DNA of 64,000 nt from an uncultured Alphaproteobacteria bacterium (GCA_963826605.1 CAWGXN010000001.1:1769440-1833439), one strand, 5' to 3'. Numbered from the stretch's first letter, positions 48,337-58,260 are shown. Program-made: numbers and translations. The notes: generated by a model from the letters alone, not told the origin.

Positions 48337-49466
48337 GCCTGCGCGCCTCGCTCGCGCCGCGCCGGGCCCCGACGCCGCCGATGGCCGGACCGGCACCGTG
48401 GCTCGACCCCAACGGGGCGCGGGTGATCCTCGGCCGCGCGGCGGGCACGGGACCGGCGGTCGCGCCTCTCGCCCCCGCCGCGGACACGCTGTTCGCCCCG
48501 CGCGGTGCCTGCCTCGCAGGTCCGGACGGACCTCTGGTGGTGTGCGATACGGGCCATCACCGGCTGCTGATCTGGACCCGCACGCCCGCGCACGACGCCA
48601 CCCCGGCGGACCTGTTGATCGGGCAGCCCGATTTCACGCGCGAGGGCCGCAATGCCGGCGGTCCCGCCGGCGCCGCGACGCTGAACGTGCCCACGGGCGT
48701 CGCCTTCGACGGCGGCGTGCTGGCGGTGGCGGACGCATGGAACCACCGCGTGCTGATCTGGCACGGGCTACCGCTTCGATCGAACCGGCCGGCCGACGTG
48801 GTGCTCGGCCAGGCGGATTTCGCCGCCACCCAGCCCAATCGCGGGGCCGACCGGCCGCGCGCCGACACGCTCAACTGGTGCTACGGTGTCTCCCTGCGGG
48901 ACGGGAGGTTGATCGTGTGCGACACGGGGAATCGGCGCGTGCTGCTGTGGGACCGGGTGCCGACCGCGACCGGCGCGCCGGCCGACCTGGTGCTGGGCCA
49001 GCCCGACTTCGCCGCGCGCGACCTCGCCGCGGACGGCATGCGCTGGCCGCACGCCGCCGCCCTGTGGGGCGAGTCCCTGGCCATCGCCGACGCGGGCACA
49101 CACCGCGTGCTGATCTGGCACGCTTGGCCGGCGCGCCACGGCGCGCCCTGCGACCGCGCGCTCGGCGACGGCGTCTCGCGTGCGGGCACCGCGAGCCTGA
49201 ACATGCCCTACGGCGTCGCCTGGCCGGACCGCGGCCTCGCCGTCGCCGACACCGCGAATTCGCGCCTCGTCGGGTTCGATCCCGAAAGCGATCGGGCAGC
49301 GCACCACCTGGCGGGCCAGGCGAGCTTCGCCGATAGCGGCGACAATCGCTGGGACGCGCCCGCCCGCGACAGCCTGTGCTGGCCCTACGGCCTCGCCGCC
49401 GCCGGCGACACGCTGGTCGTCGCGGATTCGGGCAACAACCGCGTCCTGCTGTGGGACATGGCATGA
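48333..49466 (+). CDS. NHL-repeat (six-bladed beta-propeller-like) protein
   Basis: ATG 48333 overlaps the upstream TGA. DTGxHR(V/L)LIW / DxGNxRVLLWD blades repeat roughly six times. Confidence 0.75.
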   Translation: MSLRASLAPRRAPTPPMAGPAPWLDPNGARVILGRAAGTGPAVAPLAPAADTLFAPRGACLAGPDGPLVVCDTGHHRLLIWTRTPAHDATPADLLIGQPDFTREGRNAGGPAGAATLNVPTGVAFDGGVLAVADAWNHRVLIWHGLPLRSNRPADVVLGQADFAATQPNRGADRPRADTLNWCYGVSLRDGRLIVCDTGNRRVLLWDRVPTATGAPADLVLGQPDFAARDLAADGMRWPHAAALWGESLAIADAGTHRVLIWHAWPARHGAPCDRALGDGVSRAGTASLNMPYGVAWPDRGLAVADTANSRLVGFDPESDRAAHHLAGQASFADSGDNRWDAPARDSLCWPYGLAAAGDTLVVADSGNNRVLLWDMA

Positions 49467-51805
49467 GCGCGGCCGAGATCCGCCTGCGCGGTCAGGTCCA
49501 GGGGGTGGGCATGCGCCCCGCCATATGGCGCCTGGCCCGCGAGCTGGGGCTGACGGGCGAGGTGCGCAACGACGCAGAGGGGGTGGTGATCGACGTCGCA
49601 GGCAGCGCCGAGGCGATCTCCGACCTCGTCGCGCGGATCGAGCGCGCGCCGCCGCCGCTGGCCCGGATCGCCGGCATCGATTGCCGTCCGCTGGCGGCGT
49701 TCGCCGGCGCGGGATTCCGCATCGCACCCAGCCGCGGAGGTCCGGCCCGCACCGCGATCGCGCCCGACGCCGCGATCTGCGCCGAGTGCGCGCGCGAGAT
49801 CGTGGATCCGTTCGCGCGCCGCTTCCGCTACGCCTTCGCGACCTGCACCCATTGCGGCCCGCGCCTGAGCATCGTCGACGCTGTGCCCTACGACCGCGAG
49901 CGGACGGCGATGGCGCCCTTCCCGCTCTGCCGCGACTGCCACGCCGAGTATGACGATCCAGCGGACCGCCGCTTCCATGCCGAGGCGACGGCCTGCCACG
50001 CGTGCGGGCCACGCCCGCGCCTGATCCGCCTCGACGGCCGGCCGGTCTCGTTCGAGCAGTTCTCGATGCTGGACGACGTCGACGCGGTGGCGACCCTGCT
50101 GCTTCGGGGCGAGGTCGTCGCGATCAAGGGGCTGGGCGGCTACCAGCTCGCCTGCGACGCGACCGACCCGGCCGCGCTCGCCCGGTTGCGCGCGGCCAAG
50201 CGCCGCCCGGCGAAGCCGTTCGCGCTGATGGTGCGCGACCTTGCCGTGCTGCGGCGCTACTGCAGCCCGACCGAGGCGGAGCTTGCCGCGCTGCAAAGCC
50301 CCACCGCGCCCATCGTGCTGATGCGCGCCACCGGACCGGAACGCCTGCCCGACGCGGTGGCGCCGGGCCTGGACACGGTCGGCGCGATGCTGCCGACGAC
50401 GCCGCTCCACCTGCTGGCGTTGCGCCGGGTCGAACGGCCCGTGGTGATGACCAGCGGCAACCTGTCCGACGATCCGCAGATCATCGACGACGGCGAGATC
50501 GGGCGGCTCGCCGGCATCGCCGTCTACGCGCTGATGCACGACCGGCGCATCGCGACGCGCGTCGACGATTCCGTGGTGCGCGTCGCGGCTGGCCGGGTAC
50601 GTCTCCTGCGCCGGGCCCGCGGCTTCGCCCCCGCGTCCATCGAGCTTCCGGAGGGCTTCGCCGCTGCGCCCGACCTTGTGGCGATGGGCGGCGAGGCGAA
50701 GGCGACGTTCTGCCTGGTGAAGGACGGGCGCGCGATCCTGTCGCAGCATATCGGCGATCTGGAAAGCGCCGCGACCTTGGCGGACTACCAGCGCACCCTC
50801 GCCCTGTACGAGCGGCTGTTCGATCACGTGCCGCGCGCCTTCGCACTCGACGCCCATCCCGACTATCTTTCGTCCAACCTCGCCCGCGCGCGTGCGCACG
50901 ACACCGGCGCGGCGCCGGTCGAGGTGGGGCACCACCACGCGCACGTGGCCGCCTGCCTGGCGGAGAATGGCCGGCCGCTCGCCGCGCCGCCGATCCTCGG
51001 CATCGTGCTCGACGGCACCGGCTGGGGCGGGGACGGCACGGTCTGGGGCGGCGAGTTCCTGCTCGCCGACTACCGGAGCGCCACGCGCCTCGGCACGTTC
51101 AAGCCCGTCGCCCTGCCCGGCGGCGCGCAGGCGGTGCGCGAGCCGTGGCGCAACCTCTACGCCCATCTGATGGCGGAGATGGGATGGCCCGCCTTCGCGG
51201 CCAACTTCGCCGCGCTCGACTGTTTCCGGTTCCTGGAGGCGAAGCCGCGCGCGACGCTCGACGCGATGATCCGGAACGGTGTCAACGCGCCGCTCGCCTC
51301 GTCGTGCGGCCGGCTGTTCGACGCCGTCGCCGCGGCCCTCGGCATCTGCCGCGAGCGCCAGGGCTACGAGGGCGAGGCCGCGTGCCGGCTGGAGGCGGCG
51401 GCCGCCGCCGCGCCCGACGACACGCTCGCCTATCCGTTCGCGATCCCAAATTTGCGCGCGAACGGCCTGCCCTACATCGAGCCGCTGGCGATGTGGCGCG
51501 CGCTTCTGGGCGACCTGATCCTGGAGACGCCGGTTCCGGTCGTCGCCGCACGGTTCCACCGCGGCCTCGCCGACGCGCTGGCGGCGATGGCGGCGAAGCT
51601 GGCGGGTACGGAGCCGCGGTTCGACACGGTCGCGCTCTCCGGCGGGTGCTTCCAGAACGCGCTGCTGCTCGAGGCGACCGCCGCGCGCCTCGAAAGCGCC
51701 GGGTTCACCGTGCTGACCCATGCGCGCGTGCCGGCGAATGACGGGGGGCTCGCGCTGGGCCAGGCCGCCGTCGCGGCCGCGACTTCTGATCGAAAGGAAC
51801 GGCTG
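49463..51805 (+). CDS. hypF: carbamoyltransferase HypF (no in-frame stop before hypC as assembled)
   Basis: ATG 49463 overlaps the upstream TGA. It has an acylphosphatase-like N-terminus, two Zn-finger pairs (CAECAREI..CTHCGPR; CRDCHAEY..CHACGP) and YrdC and Kae1-like domains. The frame runs straight into the hypC ATG at 51806. Confidence 0.85.
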
Positions 51806-52078
51806 ATGTGCGTCGGCGTGCCCGGCCGGATCGTGCGGATCGACGACGCGGAACGCCGCCTGGCCACCGTCGAGGTCGGCGGGGTGCGCCGGTCGGTGAA
51901 CATTGCGTGCATCGTCGACGCCGCGCACCCGTCCGCCGCTTGCCTGGGCGACTGGGTGCTGATCCATGTCGGCTTCGCGATGAGCCGCATCGACGCCGTC
52001 GAGGCGGCGGAGACGCTGCGCCTGCTCGAGGAGCTCGGCGAGGCGCAGGCGGCGTTCGCCGCGATGCAGGGCGGCTGA
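51806..52078 (+). CDS. hypC: hydrogenase assembly chaperone HypC/HupF
   Basis: MCVGVPGRIV has the N-terminal Cys2 signature. AAGGA lies about 7 nt upstream. Confidence 0.85.
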   Translation: MCVGVPGRIVRIDDAERRLATVEVGGVRRSVNIACIVDAAHPSAACLGDWVLIHVGFAMSRIDAVEAAETLRLLEELGEAQAAFAAMQGG

Positions 52079-52083
52079 CCGCC

Positions 52084-52422
52084 ATGCACGAGCTTGCCAT
52101 CGCCCGCAACATCGTCGCCATCGTCGGCGAGGCCGCCGCCGGCCGCCGCGTGCGCCGCGTGACGCTGGAGGTGGGTGCGCTGTCGGGCGTGCTGCCCGAC
52201 GCGATCGCGTTCTGCTTCGCCGCCTGCGCCGAGGGCACGGCGCTGGACGGCGCCGCGCTCGATCTGCGCGTGATAGAGGGCCGCGCGCGCTGCCGCGCCT
52301 GCGGCGGCGAGTTCGCCACCGCGACGCTCGTCGCCCCCTGCCCGTGCGGCTCGCGGGCGCTCGACCGGCTTCAGGGCGAGGAGCTGAACGTGAAGAGCAT
52401 GGAGATCGAGGAGGCGGCCTAG
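52084..52422 (+). CDS. hypA: hydrogenase nickel incorporation protein HypA
   Basis: MHELAIA N-terminus and the Zn site CRACGG..x13..CPCGS. Confidence 0.85.
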   Translation: MHELAIARNIVAIVGEAAAGRRVRRVTLEVGALSGVLPDAIAFCFAACAEGTALDGAALDLRVIEGRARCRACGGEFATATLVAPCPCGSRALDRLQGEELNVKSMEIEEAA

Positions 52423-52423
52423 C

Positions 52424-53365
52424 CTACGCCACGGCGTTCAGCACCGGCTTCGCGAACAGATCCTCGAGCGCCATGCGCTGACCGATGATCCGCTGGGTGA
52501 CAGCGTGGTCGATCAGCCGTTCCAGCGTGTCGCGGTTCGGCGCAATCCCGTAGGGCAGCGGGTCGTCCATCACTTCCAAGGCCGCCAGGTGCACCTTGTC
52601 CACCGGACCCGGCTTGGCGATGCGCCCGGCCTTCAGCGCGTCGACATAGAGCTTCTTCGAGGCGGCGAAGGCGTCGAAAAGCTGCACCGCGACGTCGGGC
52701 GACTCCGCCAGCACTTCGTCGCGCACCACGATCAGGTGGTTGATCGGATAGAGCCCGCGCGACCTCAGCGCGGCGACGCCCGCGGCGAAGGGATCGTCGA
52801 TCATCGTCGCGACGTCCGGACGCTCGAACTTCGCCCCGACCGCCGCGACCAGCTTGCCCGCGGCGAGCCGCCCTTCCAGGTCGCCGTCCTCGAGCGGCTG
52901 CACGTTCTCCGGCGGACGATACGCCGCCACATGCTCGTCGCCCGACGGCGCCCAGGTGATCGAGGACAGGTCCACGCCGTACTCGTCCTGGATGATCGAC
53001 CGCGCCCACACGCCGGTCGTGACCGTATAGCCGCGGTTCACCCCGACCCGCTTCCCCGCCAGGTCGGCCGGCGATTTGAGGCCCGACGGCACGTGGTGCA
53101 GGATCGCGTCGTGATGGAAATCGCGCACCAGGAAGATCGGCAGCGCGGTGAACTTCACGCCGTGCGCCTTGGCGCAGACATAGGTGGTGAGCGCCATCTC
53201 GCATACGTCATAGGCGAGCTCGCGCACCATCCGGCGGAACGCGTGGACGAGGACCGGCACCTCCTCGAATTCGAGCTCGAAATCCGGCAGCGCGACGCCG
53301 CCTTCCTTCACCGCCCGGTTATTGTCCTGGGTCCGGGAGACCGCCGTCAGCTTCTTCTTGGCCAT
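52424..53365 (-). CDS. 4,5-dihydroxyphthalate decarboxylase-like (PhtD-like, periplasmic-binding-protein fold) protein
   Basis: 313 aa. ..YDVCEMALTTY..FTALPIFLVRDFHH..LAGKRVGVNRGYTVTTGVWARSIIQDEYGV.. resembles the PhtD family as I recall it. GAGAGGA RBS. Confidence 0.6.
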   Translation of the reverse strand: MAKKKLTAVSRTQDNNRAVKEGGVALPDFELEFEEVPVLVHAFRRMVRELAYDVCEMALTTYVCAKAHGVKFTALPIFLVRDFHHDAILHHVPSGLKSPADLAGKRVGVNRGYTVTTGVWARSIIQDEYGVDLSSITWAPSGDEHVAAYRPPENVQPLEDGDLEGRLAAGKLVAAVGAKFERPDVATMIDDPFAAGVAALRSRGLYPINHLIVVRDEVLAESPDVAVQLFDAFAASKKLYVDALKAGRIAKPGPVDKVHLAALEVMDDPLPYGIAPNRDTLERLIDHAVTQRIIGQRMALEDLFAKPVLNAVA

Positions 53366-53382
53366 GATCCGTCCTCTCGCGA

Positions 53383-53673
53383 TCAGCAGCAGCCCGCGTC
53401 GCCATTGTCCTCGAGCGCGGGCAGCAACCAGCCGACCGGCAGGTCGGCACCCGTCACCTCGGCCACCGGCGAAAACACCTTCAGCCGGTAGCGCTTGCCG
53501 CCCTTCCAGAAGACCGCGTTCGTCTCGAGCGGCGGGAAGCCCGGCTTGGTCGCCCGGTCCTGCGACACCAGGACGAGCTCGCCCGGCCCGACGGCGAACC
53601 GCGCGCGGACGAGGCCCTCGACGCGGGCCACGTCATCGAGCGTGCCGTTCGCGGGGCCGAACCGTCGGAACAT
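53383..53673 (-). CDS. small conserved hypothetical protein (96 aa)
   Basis: ATG 53673. It is the only credible part of the long 53383..56082 ORF and lies 17 nt upstream of the PhtD-like gene. Confidence 0.5.
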   Translation of the reverse strand: MFRRFGPANGTLDDVARVEGLVRARFAVGPGELVLVSQDRATKPGFPPLETNAVFWKGGKRYRLKVFSPVAEVTGADLPVGWLLPALEDNGDAGCC

Positions 53674-53790
53674 CGCGCTGCCGCAATCCGTCTCGCCGAG
53701 CGCCCCTCCCGGCCCCTCGCGGGCGTCGCGCTTGCCTGCACTGTGGCGCTTTGATAGTGCTTGGTCAACATCCCACCAGGAGAGACAGGC

Positions 53791-54897
53791 ATGGCGGAGA
53801 AGGTCTTGGCGGCCGTGCGCACGGCCCCGCAGACGACGGAGTTCCGCGAGTACGACATGCCGGACATTCCGGACGAGGCGGCCCTTCTGAAGGTGGAGGT
53901 CGCCGGCATCTGTGGCACCGACGTGAAGTTCTATTCCAAGCCGCCGTTCCCCGGCCCGGTCATAATGGGGCACGAGAACATCGGCACCATCGCCAAGGCC
54001 GGCAAGACGTTCAAGGCCCGCCGCGGCCTCAAGGAAGGCGACCTGGTATTCGCCGAGCATTACGTCGGCTGCATGAACTGCGAGTTCTGCCACAAGGGCG
54101 AATACCGGCTGTGCCTGTACACCGACTGGCGCCGCTTCCCGGAGGGGCTGCGGTTCGGCTACACGCTGGCCGAGCGGCCGCCGCATCTGTTCGGCGGGTT
54201 CGCGCACTACATGTACCTGCCGTGGAACGCGGTGCTGCACAAGGTGCCCGACGGGCTGTCGCCCGAGCTCGCGGGCGTCGTCACGCCGATGGCCAACGGC
54301 ATCCAGTGGGCGCTGTTCGACTGCAAGGTCGGCTATGACAGCCACGTCCTGATCCAGGGGCCGGGCCAGCAGGGGCTGAGCCAGGTGATCGCGTGCAAGC
54401 AGGCCGGCGCGTCGCTGATCGTCATCACCGGCACGAACAAGGACCGGAAGCGCCTCGACGTCGCCAAGAAGCTGGGCGCCGATTTCGCCATCAACGTCGA
54501 CGAGGAGGACCCGCTCGCGCGGATCAACGAGATCACCGCGGGCAAGGGCGTCGACGTCTCGCTCGACTGCACGGCCGGCGCCGGGACCGTTCCGGTCCTG
54601 CTCGGCATCGAGGCGCTGAAGCGCAAGGGCGGCACGCTGCTGATCCAGGGCGAGGACGTGCAGGATTTCCCCAACTTCCCGCTGGGCAAGATCGGCAACA
54701 AGTACATCACGGTGAAGGCGGCGCGCGGCCACAACTACGAGAGCTGCGAGCTGGCCCTGAAGCAGCTCAATTCCAAGCGCTTCCCGCTCGACCTGATCAC
54801 GACGCACCGCTTCGGGCTCAAGGACACGCACGAGGCAATCAACGCGGTCGGCGCCAGCGGCGAGGTCATCCACGTCTCGCTGATGCCCTGGGCATAG
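53791..54897 (+). CDS. zinc-dependent alcohol dehydrogenase family (MDR) protein
   Basis: ATG 53791 follows AGGAGAG. GICGTDVK, GHENIG and the structural-Zn Cys cluster CMNCEFCHKGEYRLC. Confidence 0.85.
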   Translation: MAEKVLAAVRTAPQTTEFREYDMPDIPDEAALLKVEVAGICGTDVKFYSKPPFPGPVIMGHENIGTIAKAGKTFKARRGLKEGDLVFAEHYVGCMNCEFCHKGEYRLCLYTDWRRFPEGLRFGYTLAERPPHLFGGFAHYMYLPWNAVLHKVPDGLSPELAGVVTPMANGIQWALFDCKVGYDSHVLIQGPGQQGLSQVIACKQAGASLIVITGTNKDRKRLDVAKKLGADFAINVDEEDPLARINEITAGKGVDVSLDCTAGAGTVPVLLGIEALKRKGGTLLIQGEDVQDFPNFPLGKIGNKYITVKAARGHNYESCELALKQLNSKRFPLDLITTHRFGLKDTHEAINAVGASGEVIHVSLMPWA

Positions 54898-54900
54898 GCC

Positions 54901-55902
54901 ATGGCCGGCCCGGACGGCGCGCCCGACAGCCGGATCCCGGTCACGGTCGTCACCGGCTATCTCGGGGCGGGAAAGACGACGCTGCTCAACCGGCTGCTCG
55001 CGGCGCGTCCCGGCGGGCGGTTCGCCCTCATCGTCAACGAGTTCGGCGAGATCGGCATCGACGGCGAGCTGGTTGCGTCCGGCGGCGCGGAAGAGCTCAT
55101 CCAGCTCAATAGCGGTTGCCTGTGCTGCGTGGTGCGGGGCGACCTGATCCGCGAGCTGCGCGCACTGCTGGCCAGGGCGCCGCATCCCGATGCGATCCTC
55201 ATCGAGACCACCGGCCTCGCCAACCCGAGCCCGGTCATCCAGACGATGGTGGTCGACCAGGTGATCGGCGCGCAATGCCGGCTGGATTCGGTGATCTGCG
55301 TGGTCGACGCGGCGCGCATCCTCGACCAGCTCGCCGACGGCCGCGATGCCGGGGACCAGGTGGCGTTCAGCGACCATATCGTGCTGAACAAGATCGACGA
55401 CGCGCGGGGCAAGCTGGACGAGATCGAGGCGCGGCTGCGGCGGCTCAACCCGTTCGCGGCCGTCACCCGCGCCAACCGCTGCGACGTGCCGGCGCGCGCG
55501 CTGCTCGACCGGCATGGGTTCGACCTCGACCGCATCGGGGCGCAGCTTCCGCCGGACCCGGAAGCGCACGACCACGACCACATCGCGGAGGCGGGCATCG
55601 CCAGCGTGTCGCTCGCCTGCGACGCGCCGCTCGACGCCGACCGGCTGGAGGCCTGGCTGACCGATCTCCTGTCCCGCCGGGGCAGCGACATCCTGCGCAC
55701 CAAGGGCGTCATGTCGGTCGCCGGCGAGGACCGCAAGCTGGTCGTGCAGGCCGTCAACATGATGCTCGAAGGCGACTACGCCGGCGCGTGGCGGGACGAG
55801 CCGCGCCGCTCGCGCCTGGTCTTCATCGGACGGAACCTGGACCGAGACGCGCTGCGGGCCGGGTTGCGAAGCTGCCGCGCGCGACAGGGAGCCCACGCAT
55901 GA
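54901..55902 (+). CDS. COG0523 (CobW/HypB/UreG-type) G3E GTPase metallochaperone
   Basis: GYLGAGKTT Walker A, the SGCLCC (CxCC) metal motif and a C-terminal CobW_C-like domain. Confidence 0.85.
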   Translation: MAGPDGAPDSRIPVTVVTGYLGAGKTTLLNRLLAARPGGRFALIVNEFGEIGIDGELVASGGAEELIQLNSGCLCCVVRGDLIRELRALLARAPHPDAILIETTGLANPSPVIQTMVVDQVIGAQCRLDSVICVVDAARILDQLADGRDAGDQVAFSDHIVLNKIDDARGKLDEIEARLRRLNPFAAVTRANRCDVPARALLDRHGFDLDRIGAQLPPDPEAHDHDHIAEAGIASVSLACDAPLDADRLEAWLTDLLSRRGSDILRTKGVMSVAGEDRKLVVQAVNMMLEGDYAGAWRDEPRRSRLVFIGRNLDRDALRAGLRSCRARQGAHA

Positions 55903-56447
55903 CCAGGATTCCGCCGCCCAGCCGCGACGAGATGGACGCGGCGCAGCGCGCCGTCCACGACCGGATCGTCGCGAAGGGCGGCCGGGTGGGCGTCGGACCG
56001 GCCATCGGCTACGCCTATTCGGCCGAGGTGTGGCGGCTGCACAACGAGTTGAGCGCGCACCTTCTCGACTGCGCCCTGACACCGGCGCAGGTGCGCATCG
56101 TCTCGCTGATGACGGTGCGCCACTGGAGGGCCGCCTACCCGTGGAGCGCCCAGGCCAAGACCGCGCTGGGCGCCGGCCTGGACCCGGCGGTGATCGAGGC
56201 GATCAATTCCGGCGCACGTCCCGCGTTCGACGACGACGCCGACGCGGCGGTGCACGACGCGACGCGCGAATTGCTGGCCACCGGCACGCTGTCGGATGCC
56301 ACGTTCGAGTCGGCCCGCCGCGTGCTGGGCCACCGCCGGCTGGTCGAGATCGTCGGGGCCATCGGCCATTTCTGCACGACGGCGCTGATGGCCAACCTGG
56401 TCGGCGCCACGCCGCCCGCCGACGCGCCATCGCGCCTCAAGCCATAG
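55899..56447 (+). CDS. carboxymuconolactone decarboxylase (AhpD-like) family protein
   Basis: ATG 55899 overlaps the upstream TGA. 182 aa, all-helical AhpD-like sequence. Confidence 0.7.
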   Translation: MTRIPPPSRDEMDAAQRAVHDRIVAKGGRVGVGPAIGYAYSAEVWRLHNELSAHLLDCALTPAQVRIVSLMTVRHWRAAYPWSAQAKTALGAGLDPAVIEAINSGARPAFDDDADAAVHDATRELLATGTLSDATFESARRVLGHRRLVEIVGAIGHFCTTALMANLVGATPPADAPSRLKP

Positions 56448-56615
56448 ATTGGCCGCGCCCGTCCGCTTCCCCGAGGGGCCTGGGCGTGCGCCGAACCGGG
56501 GGCCGGTTTCCGTTAACCCAAAATAAACCATCCGGGCCTAACCATCGGCCCCGGCGATTTGGTCGAAGCCGCGACGGCGCCCCCGGCCGCCATATCGGAC
56601 AACCAGAAGGCGCGC

Positions 56616-57002
56616 ATGGCGCGTGGATCGGCGGCCTCAGTGAAGACGCGTCCCTTTGCGGCGGTATCCAAAAAGATCTACCTGGCGGCGATCCTCGTTG
56701 CGCTCGCGGCGGCAGGCTTCCTCGCGACCACCCTGACCTCGTCCCATCCGCGCGTGACGGTCACCCAGCGCAACCGGCACTTCCTTCCCGACGCCATCAC
56801 CGTGACGGCCGGAACGGTGATCCACATCCTCAACGGCGATACGGTCACGCACCACATCTACGTGAAACAGCCCGAGATGAATTTCAGCTCCGGCGAACAG
56901 CCAGTCGGCAAGGCCGTGGACGTGCTGTTCGACCAGAAGGGCGTGTTCGATGTCCGCTGCGCCATCCACCCGACGATGCACCTGAAGGTCACCGTCCGCT
57001 AA
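56616..57002 (+). CDS. cupredoxin (type-1 blue copper protein, plastocyanin/amicyanin-like)
   Basis: An N-terminal TM/signal segment. His in ..TVTHHIY.. and C-terminal CAIHPTMH (C-x2-H-x2-M) copper ligands. The start (56616 or 56559) is uncertain. Confidence 0.65.
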   Translation: MARGSAASVKTRPFAAVSKKIYLAAILVALAAAGFLATTLTSSHPRVTVTQRNRHFLPDAITVTAGTVIHILNGDTVTHHIYVKQPEMNFSSGEQPVGKAVDVLFDQKGVFDVRCAIHPTMHLKVTVR

Positions 57003-57037
57003 AGCAAGATCGGGTCAGTTGGAACCCGTCGACATAT

Positions 57038-57132
57038 CCTCCCCCTGCAAGGGGGAGGTCGTCGGCCGCGCGAGCGGGCGACGGGTGGGGGTTCACCCCC
57101 CCTCCTGACCTCCCCCCTTTCAAGGGGGAGGG
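57038..57132. repeat. pair of GC-rich hairpin repeats (cctccccc-N-gggggagg)
   Basis: cctccccctgcaagggggagg (57038-57058) and cctcccccctttcaagggggagg (57109-57131) lie in direct orientation in a convergent intergenic region. Confidence 0.7.
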
Positions 57133-57182
57133 ACGCGCCGGAAGCGTCAACAATTCGACATAAGCCGACCGCGCTCTAAAGC

Positions 57183-58244
57183 CTATCGCGGAAGCTCTGG
57201 CAACGTCACGCGAGCGGGCCCGCTCGTCAGCGTCTTCAGGAAGGCCACCAGCTCGTCCTTCTCCTTCCGGGTCAGGTGGAGCGGCTTGACGAGCTCGGAA
57301 CGGCTGGGCCGGTCGATGCCGCCACGGTCGTAGAGATCGATCACGTCCATCAACGTCGCCTCCGACCCGTCATGCATATACGGCGCACGGCGCGCGACGT
57401 CGCGCAGCGTCGGCACCTTGAACGCGTGCTGGAGCTTGATGGAATCCGGGAACATCGCGCCGCGGCCGATATCGTCCTTGCCGCCGACGCCCACGTCGTA
57501 GAAGCCGGCGTCCGTAAAATTCCATCCGCGATGGCATTCGGCGCATTGTGCCTTGCCGCGGAACAGCGCGAATCCCCTCTTGGCATCGTCCGATATCGCC
57601 TCTTCGTCGCCCTCGATCCACAAGTCGAAGGGAGCCGGACCCGAGACGATGGTGCGCTCGAAAGTGGCGAGGGCACTGGTGATGGCGTCGGGGGAGATTC
57701 CGCTGCCGGGGAACGCCTTCTTGAAGGCGGCCACGTAGCCGGGGATCGCCTTCAGCTCCCCGATGAGCTCGTCGACCTTCTGGTTCATGATGCCGGGCCT
57801 GGTCATGGGTGTCAGGGCGACAACCTCCAGGTCGGGAAACTGGCCCCGCCAGCCGAGGACCGGAATCCAGGCGATGTTCAGAAGGGTCGGGGTGTGAGTC
57901 GCCATCGGCCTTTCGCCAATGCCGCGTTTCAACCCGTCCGTCCAGGACAGTGACGGATTATGGCAGGTTGCGCACGACCGGGTGTTCCCGCCCGACAGGA
58001 TCGGGTCGAAGAAGAGCGTGCGGCCGAGAGCGGCCTTCGCTTTCGTATAGGGGTCATCCGCGGGAAATGGCACTTCGGCGGGCCGGCGGTACGCGGCACG
58101 CCAGCCGGAGCCGGAATTTTCGGCCGCTACGGCCGCGCTCCGCGGGAGCAGGACCATCGGCGCGACCAGCGCGAGCGACAGGACCAGGCGGAGGGCGCCG
58201 CGATGGCAGGGACCCGGCGAGCGGGCGAGAGGCCTCGAAGTCAT
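57183..58244 (-). CDS. di-haem cytochrome c peroxidase (CCP/MauG family)
   Basis: ATG 58244. Signal peptide and two haem-c motifs, CATCH and CAECH. Confidence 0.85.
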   Translation of the reverse strand: MTSRPLARSPGPCHRGALRLVLSLALVAPMVLLPRSAAVAAENSGSGWRAAYRRPAEVPFPADDPYTKAKAALGRTLFFDPILSGGNTRSCATCHNPSLSWTDGLKRGIGERPMATHTPTLLNIAWIPVLGWRGQFPDLEVVALTPMTRPGIMNQKVDELIGELKAIPGYVAAFKKAFPGSGISPDAITSALATFERTIVSGPAPFDLWIEGDEEAISDDAKRGFALFRGKAQCAECHRGWNFTDAGFYDVGVGGKDDIGRGAMFPDSIKLQHAFKVPTLRDVARRAPYMHDGSEATLMDVIDLYDRGGIDRPSRSELVKPLHLTRKEKDELVAFLKTLTSGPARVTLPELPR

Positions 58245-58260
58245 GTCGTCGTCCTTCGTT

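Noticed and set aside
49385-51967. 860-aa ORF on the minus strand
   Set aside because: It is antisense to hypF/hypC. Same shadow-ORF reasoning.
53751-53768. TTGA-N10-TCAA palindrome in the divergent promoter region, considered as an FNR/CRP box
   Set aside because: The spacing does not fit TTGAT-N4-ATCAA or TGTGA-N6-TCACA. It may be some other operator, but I cannot support a call.
53674-56082. Upstream 800 codons of the 899-aa minus-strand ORF
   Set aside because: They are antisense to the ADH, COG0523 and CMD genes, which carry clear motifs. Only the last 96 codons (53383-53673) look like a real gene.
56494-56508. Hairpin aaccgg-ggg-ccggtt after the CMD-family gene, considered as a terminator
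   Set aside because: The stem is short and only a weak T-run (ttt) follows. It is plausible but not strong enough to list as a feature.
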